Shown here: positions 33,043 to 45,807 of the stretch, in pieces
Layout of the letters: every line of letters starts with the position of its first letter
Position numbering within the stretch: the first letter of the stretch is position 1
DNA from: Clostridia bacterium
GTDB lineage: Bacteria; Bacillota; Clostridia; Christensenellales; Aristaeellaceae
Assembly: GCA_017476605.1 (NCBI GenBank)
Contig: JAFUZM010000088.1
Location: 112 to 64,111, forward strand
DNA: 64,000 bases
Direction of reading: 5' to 3'
Translations under genes and position numbers: made by a program
Notes under the pieces: model-generated
What the model was told of the DNA's origin: nothing
Databases searched by the model: none
Seen by the model: only the letters and a program-made list of their open reading frames with translations

Positions 33043-33078
33043 ATGAGAGCCCCCACTTGATCAAGTGGGGGCTCTCAT
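33043..33078. terminator. Long perfect palindromic hairpin (terminator candidate for 33104..34534)
   Basis: ATGAGAGCCCCCACTTGA/TCAAGTGGGGGCTCTCAT, an 18-bp palindrome with weak U-tracts. Confidence 0.5.
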
Positions 33079-33103
33079 TTGACGCTAAACCAGAGTCTAC
33101 GTC

Positions 33104-34534
33104 TTATTCGACTTCCCAATAGAAGTAGTCAACATTTGAATCTGTGACTTCTTCTATTGTTCCATCTTCGCGTACGACCTTCTTAATTCCGCAGTAAATC
33201 GTATCAATTTTTGAACTGCTTGGAATACTGATATAGTCTGAGAATGCTGTGCGTCCGGAGAGAATGGTTTTGGTCGTTGTCTTATTATATACGCGATTGG
33301 TGCCATAAATGCGATTTCCACGGGCATCTGTGGCGTATACGTAAAGTTCAAACGATTTGATTCTCGCTTTTGCTGTCATCTCAAACCGGACAGAGAACAT
33401 ATCCCCCGTCTTATATTCCCATTCAGCCCACATACGGTTAGAGAAATCCAGAGAACGGATTTCGCGAATGGTGGCTGCTTTTGGCGTTGCTGTAGGCTTA
33501 ACGGTTCTTCTGGGCGTCGCCGTTGGTCTGGGAGTTGCTGTGGGCTTTACCGTTCTTTTGGGCGTCGCTGTGGGCTTTGGCGTCGCCGTCGGCTTTACTG
33601 TGGGATAAGGAGTAAACGACGCGACATCAGAAAGCGAAAGCTTTACAGTGTTGCTTGTAATCGTCCGATAATTGCTGCTGTCACGTAAGGTTAACTCAAT
33701 CTGGGCGGTTTTGGGCTTACCGATTGTTTTGAACGCAGATGCGCTTTTAGCCTCAAGAAGGATCCAGTCGGTTGAATTGGTCCCGGGCACAATTCCGTAG
33801 ATTCCAGTACCTGCCATCTCAATTCCGTTGATTTTGGCGGATTCAACCCGTACATATACGCTCTTTGATCCGTTATTTACAATCTGACAATACAGGAGAA
33901 TTCCAGCCGGATGTTCCGCATCCGCAATGGATTCGGCACCGAGATAGGTAACGGTGACATCTTTGTTTGCGATCAGCTCTTTTCCTGCATCCTCGGAACG
34001 AGAACCAGTAGCGTCAAGTGCTGACTGCTTAAAAAAGATGAACTGAATGGACTCGGCATTGGCGACGGCCTGCAAAATGCCGGAGCTTGTTTCAAAACTT
34101 GCCCCATCCTTAGGTGAGGTAAACATCCAGTTGAGAATGCTCTCCCACTCGCTGCTTCCACCATTATATCCCAGCGCTACGGCCATTGAATAAAGCACGA
34201 TGGATTGCTGTGAATCACTGAGTGACTTTGAGACGACAAGATTCACAGTATCCGCGGTTTTATTGCTTTTTCCGTTCCCGGAATTATACAGGAAGGATAT
34301 TTCAACCTTCCAGTCTGTATTATTGTAATAAAGAACACCATTTTCTTCCTCAGTATAGGAAACTGAGAGATATTCTTTATTCTGTTTTGATTTGTATGCC
34401 TCAATCACCTTTGGCAGAATTTCATTATATGTATCTACCATCTGTGTTGGGATAAAGCAGTTGTACTGCGCTGCAAGAGCTCCTGAGATACAAACCAACA
34501 GCAGAAGAAAGACGACGGCTATTTTTCTTACCAT
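33104..34534 (-). CDS. Secreted protein with a Pro/Thr/Lys-rich linker, function unknown
   Basis: 476 aa with the signal peptide MVRKIAVVFLLLLVCISGALA. Linker TPYPTVKPTATPKPTATPKRTVKPTATPRPTATPRRTVKPTATPKA. Beta-rich domains on both sides. Confidence 0.65.
   Translation of the reverse strand: MVRKIAVVFLLLLVCISGALAAQYNCFIPTQMVDTYNEILPKVIEAYKSKQNKEYLSVSYTEEENGVLYYNNTDWKVEISFLYNSGNGKSNKTADTVNLVVSKSLSDSQQSIVLYSMAVALGYNGGSSEWESILNWMFTSPKDGASFETSSGILQAVANAESIQFIFFKQSALDATGSRSEDAGKELIANKDVTVTYLGAESIADAEHPAGILLYCQIVNNGSKSVYVRVESAKINGIEMAGTGIYGIVPGTNSTDWILLEAKSASAFKTIGKPKTAQIELTLRDSSNYRTITSNTVKLSLSDVASFTPYPTVKPTATPKPTATPKRTVKPTATPRPTATPRRTVKPTATPKAATIREIRSLDFSNRMWAEWEYKTGDMFSVRFEMTAKARIKSFELYVYATDARGNRIYGTNRVYNKTTTKTILSGRTAFSDYISIPSSSKIDTIYCGIKKVVREDGTIEEVTDSNVDYFYWEVE
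33478..33610 (-). repeat. Imperfect tandem repeat encoding the (TVK)PTATP(K/R)PTATP(K/R)R linker
   Basis: Reiterated GGCGTCGC(C/T)GT(T/G)GG(T/C)(C/T)T... units are visible on the plus strand. Confidence 0.7.
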
Positions 34535-34585
34535 AATCCGTTCCTTTCATATGAACTGATCAATAAAGTTGCATCAGAATTTCAC

Positions 34586-35071
34586 TTATTTTGCCCACCA
34601 GTCTGTACGGAAAGGCTCTATGTATCCCGTATCATCATATCCGAGTCCAAGATAGCCGGTTTTTGGCTCCTTGACCCACTGCTCTTTTAACTGCTCCTCA
34701 GTGATTTTGCCGGAATAGTATTCATCCAGAAGATCCCAGTTCTTATGACGGTTCTTTCTGTAATAGCTCGGATGCTCTTTCTCGTATGCGGCAAACTCTT
34801 CCTCTGTCATATTTTCGAAGAGTTCTACGTACTTTTTGGGAATATATCCCTCACCATAGAAGGTTTTGCACAGATATAAATCCCCTTCCTCGCCAATAAC
34901 GACAACCGGAGAGTTATGAATCAGCTGTCCGCGGCTTGGATACTTTCCCTCTGCTGTTTTGCGAACGTTCACGCGTTCACCGGTACATTTTCCATATACC
35001 GGATAGTCCTGTGCAAGCGCAATTGCAGTGATCATCATGAGCAGTAAAAATACGACAACCAGTCTCTTCAT
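34586..35071 (-). CDS. Secreted SH3-like domain protein (tandem paralogue 1)
   Basis: 161 aa with signal peptide MKRLVVVFLLLMMITAIALA. CTGERVNVRKTAEGKYPSRGQLIHNSPVVVIGEEGDLYLCKTFYGEGYIPKKYVELF is collinear with the next gene. Confidence 0.6.
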   Translation of the reverse strand: MKRLVVVFLLLMMITAIALAQDYPVYGKCTGERVNVRKTAEGKYPSRGQLIHNSPVVVIGEEGDLYLCKTFYGEGYIPKKYVELFENMTEEEFAAYEKEHPSYYRKNRHKNWDLLDEYYSGKITEEQLKEQWVKEPKTGYLGLGYDDTGYIEPFRTDWWAK

Positions 35072-35129
35072 AATCTGATTTCCTCCCCAAAACCTCTATT
35101 TAGATAAATTGAAAAACGTTTCCTTAAGA

Positions 35130-35714
35130 TCAATACCAATCCCATCTGAAAGGCGCCAGCTTCCCGTTGTCATTCTCCCTGAGCCCGGTATACCCGGTAT
35201 CCGGTTCCCGATTCCAAAGCTCGAGGAGATCCTCACGGCTTAACTCTCCATTATAGTACATCGCGTACAGCTCTCCGTTTTCCTTTTCCCACTTGGACAG
35301 CTTTTTCCGATATACACTTGGGTGCTGAGCCTGATATTCCTTAAACTCCTCGCTGGTCATCTCAGGAAACAGTTCGATGTATTTTTTCGGTACATAGCCC
35401 TCGCCAAAATACGTCGAGCAATAATAGGTATCGCCTTTTTCGCTCAAAACGACAACAGGTGAATGCCGAATAAGCTGTCCCTTGCTGGGATACATTTCAT
35501 CCGGCTGCTTTCGAACATTTACCCGCTCACCGGTACAGGCGCCATATTTGGGATATCCTTCCTCAAAAGCACTGGTCTCTCCGGATGTTTCACTGCTTTT
35601 GGCGTCGGCAGTATCGATTGCTGATGGTGACGGTTCTGTCTGTGACTCTGATAAAGCCACACTGAAGATCAATACCAAAGCCATCAGCAGGCATAGAAAC
35701 AGTCTCTTTTGCAT
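35130..35714 (-). CDS. Secreted SH3-like domain protein (tandem paralogue 2)
   Basis: ORF trimmed to ATG 35714 (AGAGGGGA upstream). Signal peptide MQKRLFLCLLMALVLIFSVALS. CTGERVNVRKQPDEMYPSKGQLIRHSPVVVLSEKGDTYYCSTYFGEGYVPKKYIELF. Confidence 0.6.
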   Translation of the reverse strand: MQKRLFLCLLMALVLIFSVALSESQTEPSPSAIDTADAKSSETSGETSAFEEGYPKYGACTGERVNVRKQPDEMYPSKGQLIRHSPVVVLSEKGDTYYCSTYFGEGYVPKKYIELFPEMTSEEFKEYQAQHPSVYRKKLSKWEKENGELYAMYYNGELSREDLLELWNREPDTGYTGLRENDNGKLAPFRWDWY

Positions 35715-35869
35715 GTATTTCCCCTCTTTCTGCAGTTTACGCCCCAACCAAACTTTATTTATGAAAATTATACTGTATTTCATTCAAAAGAACAATGAAA
35801 TTTTCTTCTTTTTGTTCAAAAAATCGTGGAATCCATTCGAAACATCAGGGAGAAGGACATCTGGCGCAT

Positions 35870-35905
35870 CAAAAAAGCTGCTTATCGTCTGATAAACAGC
35901 TTTTG
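35870..35905 (-). terminator. Rho-independent terminator after pfkA
   Basis: Minus strand reads AAAGCTGTTTATC-AGAC-GATAAGCAGCTTT followed by TTTGATG. Confidence 0.6.
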
Positions 35906-35918
35906 AGATCGGATCTGA

Positions 35919-36968
35919 TCAGGACAGCTCATCAATGAGCGCGAGGAGTTCTTCGTTTGCCGTTCCGCGTCCGTTCATGGCTTCCTCAATCGGTTCTGTG
36001 ATGAGACTTCCACCCCGTACACCGACAGCAACACCGGAAATATCATCCCTAAGCAGTGTGGACGCATATGCGCCAAGACGAGATGCAAGAATACGGTCTG
36101 CAGCTGTTGGGCTTCCGCCACGCTGAGTATATCCAAGCACCGTCGCTCTGGTTTCATGACCGGAGAGTGTCTCAATAATACGAGCAATCTGAGAGGAAGT
36201 CAGATGGTCGACGGAGATATCGCTCAGGGAATCATGCTTTTTGCAAATTGCGGCGACATCACTCTTAAGAGAATGGATGGCTCCCTCAGCAAAAACCATA
36301 ATCATGGAGCGTTTGCCCTTCATGACGCCCCAGCGGACCTGATCGGCCAGTTCTTCCACTGTCCACGGTTTTTCAGGGATGATAACAACCTCTGCACCAC
36401 AGGCAAGAGCTGTATGGATTGCGATATCACCGCAGTTGCGTCCCATCACCGTAATGATACTTGCACGCTCATGAGAATCTGATGTTTCGCGGATCTTGTT
36501 GACACATTCGATCGCTGTATTGAGCGCAGTGTCAAATCCAATCGTCGATTCCGTGTATGCAAGATCATTATCAATGGTTCCGGGAACGCCAATGACCGGA
36601 TATCCAAGCTGCTTCAATGCATTTGCTCCATGGAAAGTTCCATCCCCACCGATACAAACCAGGCCCTCAACGCCCAGAAGTTTCAGGTTTGAAATGGCTT
36701 TCTCCTGATAGGGACGCTCTTTGAACTCAAGGCAGCGTGCGGTCATCAGAAATGTTCCGCCTCTGTGAATCTTATCGGAAACACTGCGTGAGGTCATCAT
36801 TGTAAAGTCATCGGTCTGCTCTTTGCTGGTCATCAATACACCATTATATCCACGTTTAAACCCGACGACGGACATTTCATTCTTCAGTGCAGCACGAACC
36901 ACAGCACGGATGGTTGCGTTCATGCCAGGGGCATCACCGCCCGATGTTAATACACCAATGCGTTTCAT
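35919..36968 (-). CDS. pfkA: ATP-dependent 6-phosphofructokinase
   Basis: MKRIGVLTSGGDAPGMNA, IGGDGT, GVPGTIDND, VMGRNCGDIA, GYTQRGG. Confidence 0.9.
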   Translation of the reverse strand: MKRIGVLTSGGDAPGMNATIRAVVRAALKNEMSVVGFKRGYNGVLMTSKEQTDDFTMMTSRSVSDKIHRGGTFLMTARCLEFKERPYQEKAISNLKLLGVEGLVCIGGDGTFHGANALKQLGYPVIGVPGTIDNDLAYTESTIGFDTALNTAIECVNKIRETSDSHERASIITVMGRNCGDIAIHTALACGAEVVIIPEKPWTVEELADQVRWGVMKGKRSMIMVFAEGAIHSLKSDVAAICKKHDSLSDISVDHLTSSQIARIIETLSGHETRATVLGYTQRGGSPTAADRILASRLGAYASTLLRDDISGVAVGVRGGSLITEPIEEAMNGRGTANEELLALIDELS

Positions 36969-37224
36969 ATGATCTCCAACTCCTTTGATAAAGGGTTAAC
37001 TATAACGAACGATGAAACTTTCTCCGAATGCAATTTCAACTGCATCCCCGTGAAAATGTTTCATATCCTGAATAACGCCGATATAATAGCACAACGTTCA
37101 AAACGCTTCAAGCGCTTTTTGATGTTTTTTTAAGGTGAAACATGGTTTTTTGTCTGTCAAGAATTCAGGGCTCCTCAGAGGGATATTCCCAAGTGGTGCG
37201 AATGGATCTTTCCTCTTGCGATTG

Positions 37225-37253
37225 TTGAGGAAAACCGTGTCATCTGGTATAAT
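37225..37253 (+). promoter_or_regulatory. Sigma-A promoter (extended -10) for the PfkB kinase gene
   Basis: TTGAGG-17 nt-TATAAT, preceded by TGg. Confidence 0.55.
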
Positions 37254-37296
37254 CGAGAGGCTTATCTTTCATATGTGAGTTTATGGAGGCAATCTA

Positions 37297-38253
37297 ATGG
37301 ATATTACATGCATTGGCCCTGCCATTATTGATGTTCTGGCCTGTCCAACCAGCCCAGCTGTCTTCACATCGGGCTCAGAACCTGCTGAGACGATAAAGCT
37401 TTCTTATGGCGGCGATGCATGCAATGAAGCCGTTGCACTGGCACGGATGGGATGTGCCGTCAATCTTGTTTCTCTCCTTGGCCAGGATGAAGCCGGTGAC
37501 ATGGTATTCTCTTACCTCGCACGCAACCATGTGGATACCGCTGCGATTACCCGTTCTCATGACCTGCCAACAGGCATCAATCTGGTTCTCGTTGACAAGG
37601 AGGGTGAACGCTGCTTCATTACAAATCCTGGTGGCAGTCTGCGTCATCTGAATGAGGAAATGATCCGGTCACATGTAGACGATATGGCAGATATTGTGAG
37701 CTTTGCCAGTTTTTTTATCTCATTTGATCTCTCCGTTGATGCACTTTGCCGCACATTCAAAGCGATAAAACAGAAAAACGGCAGAATCCTGGCAGTCGAT
37801 TTTACCCGCCCCAAAAACGGCGAGACAATTGAAACCCTCCGCCCCCTTCTTCCGGATATTGATATCCTCTTTGCCAATGCAGAGGAAGCGTGCATGCTCT
37901 GTGGCAGTTCGGATCCGGCAATCTGTGCGGAAACATTTGTCAGGTCCGGCGTCACATGTGCGGTTGTCAAAACCGGAAAACACGGTTGTGTTCTTGCCGC
38001 CTCCTCATTCTGCCTTTCAGTTCCGGCCTTCTCCCCTGTGGAATGCGTCGATACCACGGGTGCCGGGGATTGCTTTGCTGCAGGCTTTTTATATGCATTA
38101 AAGCAGGGAATGTCCTATCCTGATTGTGCCCGTTTTGGCTGTGCTGCTGCCTCCTGCTGTGTGGAGATGGTCGGTGCGACAGAGGGAATCAGGGCCATAG
38201 AGGCAATTCGCTCGCGCTTTGAGCATCTTTGTCAAGTATCCAATCTCCAATGA
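37297..38253 (+). CDS. PfkB family carbohydrate kinase
   Basis: 318 aa. GGDACNEAVALARMG (N-terminal GG motif) and DTTGAGDCFAAGFL (PfkB signature 2). GGAGG 8 nt upstream. Confidence 0.8.
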   Translation: MDITCIGPAIIDVLACPTSPAVFTSGSEPAETIKLSYGGDACNEAVALARMGCAVNLVSLLGQDEAGDMVFSYLARNHVDTAAITRSHDLPTGINLVLVDKEGERCFITNPGGSLRHLNEEMIRSHVDDMADIVSFASFFISFDLSVDALCRTFKAIKQKNGRILAVDFTRPKNGETIETLRPLLPDIDILFANAEEACMLCGSSDPAICAETFVRSGVTCAVVKTGKHGCVLAASSFCLSVPAFSPVECVDTTGAGDCFAAGFLYALKQGMSYPDCARFGCAAASCCVEMVGATEGIRAIEAIRSRFEHLCQVSNLQ

Positions 38254-38295
38254 TGAGGAAAAGTGCTTTAGTTTCCATGGAGTTGTAAATAGTTT

Positions 38296-38324
38296 TTGAC
38301 ACATGCTATGAAGCGTGATATACT
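38296..38324 (+). promoter_or_regulatory. Sigma-A promoter for the TetR gene
   Basis: TTGACA-17 nt-TATACT with a TGa extension. Confidence 0.55.
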
Positions 38325-38414
38325 CTCTTCGTTTCTAACACTTTGGGATACCAAAAACATTCTTTTGTGTAAAACGACGGGTCCCAGCAGAATACTGAGT
38401 TCAAGGAGTTTCGA

Positions 38415-38987
38415 ATGGATGTTACAAGAGAAGGCGGGAAAGCCTTCATGACACGGCAGAAGATTCTGAATGCTGCAGAAACGCTTTTTACAAGCAAGGG
38501 CTATGATGCTGTCAGCGTAGATGAGATCTGCGAATCAATTTCTCTTACAAAAGGTGCTTTTTATTATCACTTCAAAAATAAGGAAGAAATTCTTGCCCAT
38601 CTTTTTATTCCTCGCCTTGATAATCATCTGGAAAATCACTATGCTTGGCCAGAGGAAAAGAGCGCCAGAGAATACATTGTTAATCTTGCCCGCGCCACCC
38701 TTGAATGTGCCCGCATCGTGGGACGTTCCGTCATTGCCCGCAGTTCTGCCGGCATGCTCAGCGGGCAGCATGTTCTTCTCTATTATACGGATCGCATTCA
38801 CTCAAAGATTCTGAAGGAAGCCTGGGAATGTTCCAAGAAGACCATTGATTTCCATAGCTTTTCTTTACTCTATTCCTCCGTCATGACAGGCATCCTTCTC
38901 AACTGGGCGGCAGAGCCTCCGGCAAGCGCCACGAGTTGGGATAATATCATCAGCCTGTCGATGGGACAGATTTTTGCAGACATATAA
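38415..38987 (+). CDS. TetR/AcrR family transcriptional regulator
   Basis: The HTH reads RQKILNAAETLFTSKGYDAVSVDEICESISLTKGAFYYHFKNKEEIL. AAGGAG 7 nt upstream. Confidence 0.8.
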   Translation: MDVTREGGKAFMTRQKILNAAETLFTSKGYDAVSVDEICESISLTKGAFYYHFKNKEEILAHLFIPRLDNHLENHYAWPEEKSAREYIVNLARATLECARIVGRSVIARSSAGMLSGQHVLLYYTDRIHSKILKEAWECSKKTIDFHSFSLLYSSVMTGILLNWAAEPPASATSWDNIISLSMGQIFADI

Positions 38988-38992
38988 GCATA

Positions 38993-39026
38993 CAGGCCGC
39001 AGCAGATGCTGCGGCCTGTTTCATTT
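38993..39026 (+). terminator. Rho-independent terminator after TetR
   Basis: CAGGCCGCAGCA-GA-TGCTGCGGCCTG followed by TTTCATTT. Confidence 0.6.
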
Positions 39027-39058
39027 AAAAAAGGCATTTCGCTTTCGCGAAATGCCTT
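39025..39058 (-). terminator. Rho-independent terminator after nifJ
   Basis: Minus strand reads AAGGCATTTCGC-GAAA-GCGAAATGCCTT followed by TTTTTAAATG. Confidence 0.7.
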
Positions 39059-39065
39059 TAGTGGA

Positions 39066-42569
<3,504 letters not shown>

Positions 42570-42639
42570 CTAAATGGTTGTGAAACACTTTTGAACTGCC
42601 AAAGTGCACTTCTTTTTCCCGGCAGTCCTTTTCCTATTA

Positions 42640-42668
42640 ATTATATCCATGTCGCATGAAACTGTCAA
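42640..42668 (-). promoter_or_regulatory. Consensus sigma-A promoter for nifJ
   Basis: Minus strand reads TTGACA-17 nt-TATAAT. The 5' UTR is about 75 nt and contains the ACTGCC...GGCAGT hairpin. Confidence 0.65.
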
Positions 42669-42745
42669 TGGAATCGCCTTTGAATTTTTTAAACTTTTAT
42701 GATTGTTTTATTAATCTAACAAATAGGAAACATACCCATTGTCCC

Positions 42746-42774
42746 TTGACGTTCCCATGGATATCATATAAAAT
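42746..42774 (+). promoter_or_regulatory. Sigma-A promoter for the membrane-protein pair
   Basis: TTGACG-17 nt-TAAAAT. Confidence 0.55.
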
Positions 42775-42814
42775 ATCTGCATGTTTTATCATTCATCGTA
42801 AAGGGGATTTCTTC

Positions 42815-44329
42815 ATGCTTAAAAGCAAAAGAACGAAATACTGTCTTCTGTTTACTCTCCTCTTTGCCCTGCTCTGTTCTGCTTACCGTTATCTTTCCCT
42901 TGGCTTTTCCGGGGATTCCACGCTGATCTATCAGGGCGGAGATGTACTATATCAAATATCTCTGGGGCGCTTCCTGCAGCCGGTGTATTGGTTGATTCGG
43001 GGGCAGCTGACGGCACCGTTTTTAATTGGCTTTTTTGCAACTGCCTTTTTTCTCCTTTCCGCCATTCTGATTTCCGACGTTTTGTTAATCCACAGTCCCC
43101 TGTCGCTTGCAATTCTTTGCGGAATCATTGTCAGCAATGAAACAATCGCAGTTTCCAATGCGACCTATCTTCCCTGGACGGACGTTTATGCTCTCTCTCT
43201 TCTGTTTTGTGTGCTTGGCGTCTACATGGATCATAAATTGCCATTCGGTTTTTTGATCAGTCCGATCTTTTATGTCGGCTGCCTTGGACTCTACTCAAGC
43301 TATATTACCTGTGCCGCGACGCTTCTCATCATTAAATACCTGAAGGAGACTCTTGAGGGAACAGACCCGCTTCTTGTTTTTAAAAAAGGTATCCGGTCGG
43401 TTTTTTCGTTGCTCCTTGGACTTCTTCTTTATGCGCTTGTGCTCAAGGTGGTTTTATCTATCCTGAGGATTCCGGCTTCCAATGAGTATAACGGTGTCGG
43501 GCGTCTGGCGGAAATTACGCCGGAAAGCTTTCTCTCCTTTCTCCCGGATTCCTATATGATCCCGTTAAAATTCCTGTTTGATGTTCATGATCGCCAGGTG
43601 ATTGCAAGCCATCGGGCACTGATCCCCGTCGCGATGAATCTTCTCATACTGCTTCTCTTTGCGATTCTGCTGGTGATTCGCATGCGTAGACTTTCCACAG
43701 GCGGTCGTATACTTACCTGCTTCCTTCTTCTTGTTCTCCCGTTTGGGATGGATTTTGTGTATCTGATTGCAAACGGGATCATCAACGGTCTCATGATCTT
43801 TTCCTTCTATTTTTTCTATCTGCTCTGTCCGATTGCACTCGAAACCATACCGAAAGTCTCTTTTGTCAGGAAGAATCGCTTTTTCCGTTATGCTTTTGTT
43901 TTTCCGATTCTTCTTGTCGTTCTCATGAACGTTCGCTTTTCCAACCAGCTTGCCATCAAGCGGGATGTGGAATATCAATCGACATTGTCTGCGGTCAGCA
44001 GAATCCTTGAGGACGCAGAATCGACACCGGGATATGTTCCGGGCGAGACCGAGGTGATCATCAATGGCTATTTGCCGGCTTCACGCATCGCCATGGTGCG
44101 GGAAGGGTTTGAACCGTTTACGCCCTACCAGGGAGCCCGATATACGTATGCTGCTGCATACGAAACTTCGACGGAGTGGTATATCGAATACATTTTGGGA
44201 CGGTCAATGAACATCATCTCTGATCGCGCACGCAGATTGCTTTCTGCGGAGGAACTGGATGCGATGCCACGCTTTCCATCTGCCGGCTATGTACGAATGA
44301 TGGATGGTATTCTCTATATTAATCTGTAA
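42815..44329 (+). CDS. Large polytopic membrane protein with a C-terminal extracytoplasmic domain (GT-C/GtrII-like?), paralogue 1
   Basis: ORF trimmed to ATG 42815 (AAAGGGGA 6 nt upstream). About 11 TM segments followed by a soluble tail of about 150 aa ending MPRFPSAGYVRMMDGILYINL. The tail is collinear with the next gene. The function call is tentative. Confidence 0.55.
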   Translation: MLKSKRTKYCLLFTLLFALLCSAYRYLSLGFSGDSTLIYQGGDVLYQISLGRFLQPVYWLIRGQLTAPFLIGFFATAFFLLSAILISDVLLIHSPLSLAILCGIIVSNETIAVSNATYLPWTDVYALSLLFCVLGVYMDHKLPFGFLISPIFYVGCLGLYSSYITCAATLLIIKYLKETLEGTDPLLVFKKGIRSVFSLLLGLLLYALVLKVVLSILRIPASNEYNGVGRLAEITPESFLSFLPDSYMIPLKFLFDVHDRQVIASHRALIPVAMNLLILLLFAILLVIRMRRLSTGGRILTCFLLLVLPFGMDFVYLIANGIINGLMIFSFYFFYLLCPIALETIPKVSFVRKNRFFRYAFVFPILLVVLMNVRFSNQLAIKRDVEYQSTLSAVSRILEDAESTPGYVPGETEVIINGYLPASRIAMVREGFEPFTPYQGARYTYAAAYETSTEWYIEYILGRSMNIISDRARRLLSAEELDAMPRFPSAGYVRMMDGILYINL

Positions 44330-44341
44330 GAGAGGGTAACA

Positions 44342-45781
44342 ATGACGAAATCAAGGGACAATGTACTGAGATTATTTCTTTATTCTCTGTTCTTTTTTCT
44401 ATCTGCGCATGCATTTTGCTATTTCAATCTCACCCTTCGTGGCAACAGCCTGATTCTGAATGCCTCCAAGGTTGATGTTTCGAGCATTTCTTCTGGCAGT
44501 TTCCTGATGCCCTATTATTTTCGGCTTCGTGGCGGCATTTCCTCGCCCTTTTTCATTGGAATTCTTTCTTTCATTTATCTGTTTGCCGCTGTCCTGCTTC
44601 TTTGTGACCTTCTCTCAATGCAAGACAGCTTTTCGCAGATGTTGCTTTCCGGCCTGATCATGCTAAGCCCTGCACTGCTCAATATTAATGTAGAATCCCT
44701 GTTTATCGCAGATGCCATCTGTCTTTCCTTTTCATTATGTATTGCCGGGATCTATCTTCTTTTCAAAAAGGAAAAGCTTTTCCCGGTGGCATTTGTCCTG
44801 CTGACCTGTGCACAGGGGCTCTATCCCGGCCACTATCCGGTTCCTTTCCTCACGCTTTTACTCGTACTGTTTCATCTTTGCGAATGTGGGGAAACGACAT
44901 TTTCAAAGCTTCAACGCTTTTGCCTCCCACTGGTCCCTACATTAAGCGGCTTTGCAGCGATTTTCGGATATCTGTTCATGTGCCATCATACAGGATATGA
45001 CGCGAATGCCGTCCTCACGATGCATGATGCAGGCGGTCTCTTTAAGAGCCTATTCTATCCCCTTCTTTCCCTGCTTCAGCCGGTCAATGCCTATCCGCAT
45101 CTCTATGTTCTTGTGGTGCTCCTTCTTGCAGGTCTTGGTATCTATTTTCTTCTTTCCGATGCGCTTCGGCACTCACGCTGGCTGATTCTCATTGCCGCTT
45201 TAGTGTGTCTTTTGCCCGGACTTCCCTTTTGGGGAGATACCCCGAGTCCGCAGTTTTTATTCTCTTTCCTCTTCCCGCCGATGCTCATCCTTGTACTGAT
45301 CGCGCATCGCTCCTTATCAAAGGTTCTGCTAAACGGAATCCGTGCCTTGTTTGCCGTCATCTTCCTTGGAATGATTGTCTTTTCCAACCAGGCATACTTC
45401 AAAATCAATCTCGATTTTGAAAGCACACTTTCATTAATGACACAGGTTCTTTCAAGAATTGAAGAGCAGACCGATTTCATCCCCGGCAGCACACCCGTTG
45501 CGTTTATCGGCACGCCGTCTGAGTCACCTCTGCTGATGAACCGTCAGGGATTTGAGCATCTGGATGCACTGAAGGCGCTTTCCGGGAAGACAAGCCTTAC
45601 AAACAAGAATCAAATGACCTGGTATTTCTGGGAAACGCTGGGCTATCCTGTCAATTGCATCAGCGATTTTGAACAGGAGCAGCTGGCGCAGAGAGAGGAC
45701 GTAAAGCAGATTCCTGTGTTCCCTCATCCAGGTTCCATACGGATGATGGATGACATCCTTGTCATTCATCTTTCTGAATAG
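44342..45781 (+). CDS. Large polytopic membrane protein (GT-C/GtrII-like?), paralogue 2
   Basis: 479 aa with the same architecture. The tail ends IPVFPHPGSIRMMDDILVIHLSE. It starts 12 nt after paralogue 1. Confidence 0.55.
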   Translation: MTKSRDNVLRLFLYSLFFFLSAHAFCYFNLTLRGNSLILNASKVDVSSISSGSFLMPYYFRLRGGISSPFFIGILSFIYLFAAVLLLCDLLSMQDSFSQMLLSGLIMLSPALLNINVESLFIADAICLSFSLCIAGIYLLFKKEKLFPVAFVLLTCAQGLYPGHYPVPFLTLLLVLFHLCECGETTFSKLQRFCLPLVPTLSGFAAIFGYLFMCHHTGYDANAVLTMHDAGGLFKSLFYPLLSLLQPVNAYPHLYVLVVLLLAGLGIYFLLSDALRHSRWLILIAALVCLLPGLPFWGDTPSPQFLFSFLFPPMLILVLIAHRSLSKVLLNGIRALFAVIFLGMIVFSNQAYFKINLDFESTLSLMTQVLSRIEEQTDFIPGSTPVAFIGTPSESPLLMNRQGFEHLDALKALSGKTSLTNKNQMTWYFWETLGYPVNCISDFEQEQLAQREDVKQIPVFPHPGSIRMMDDILVIHLSE

Positions 45782-45807
45782 CGAATGAGTACAATTGGAG
45801 TTGACTG

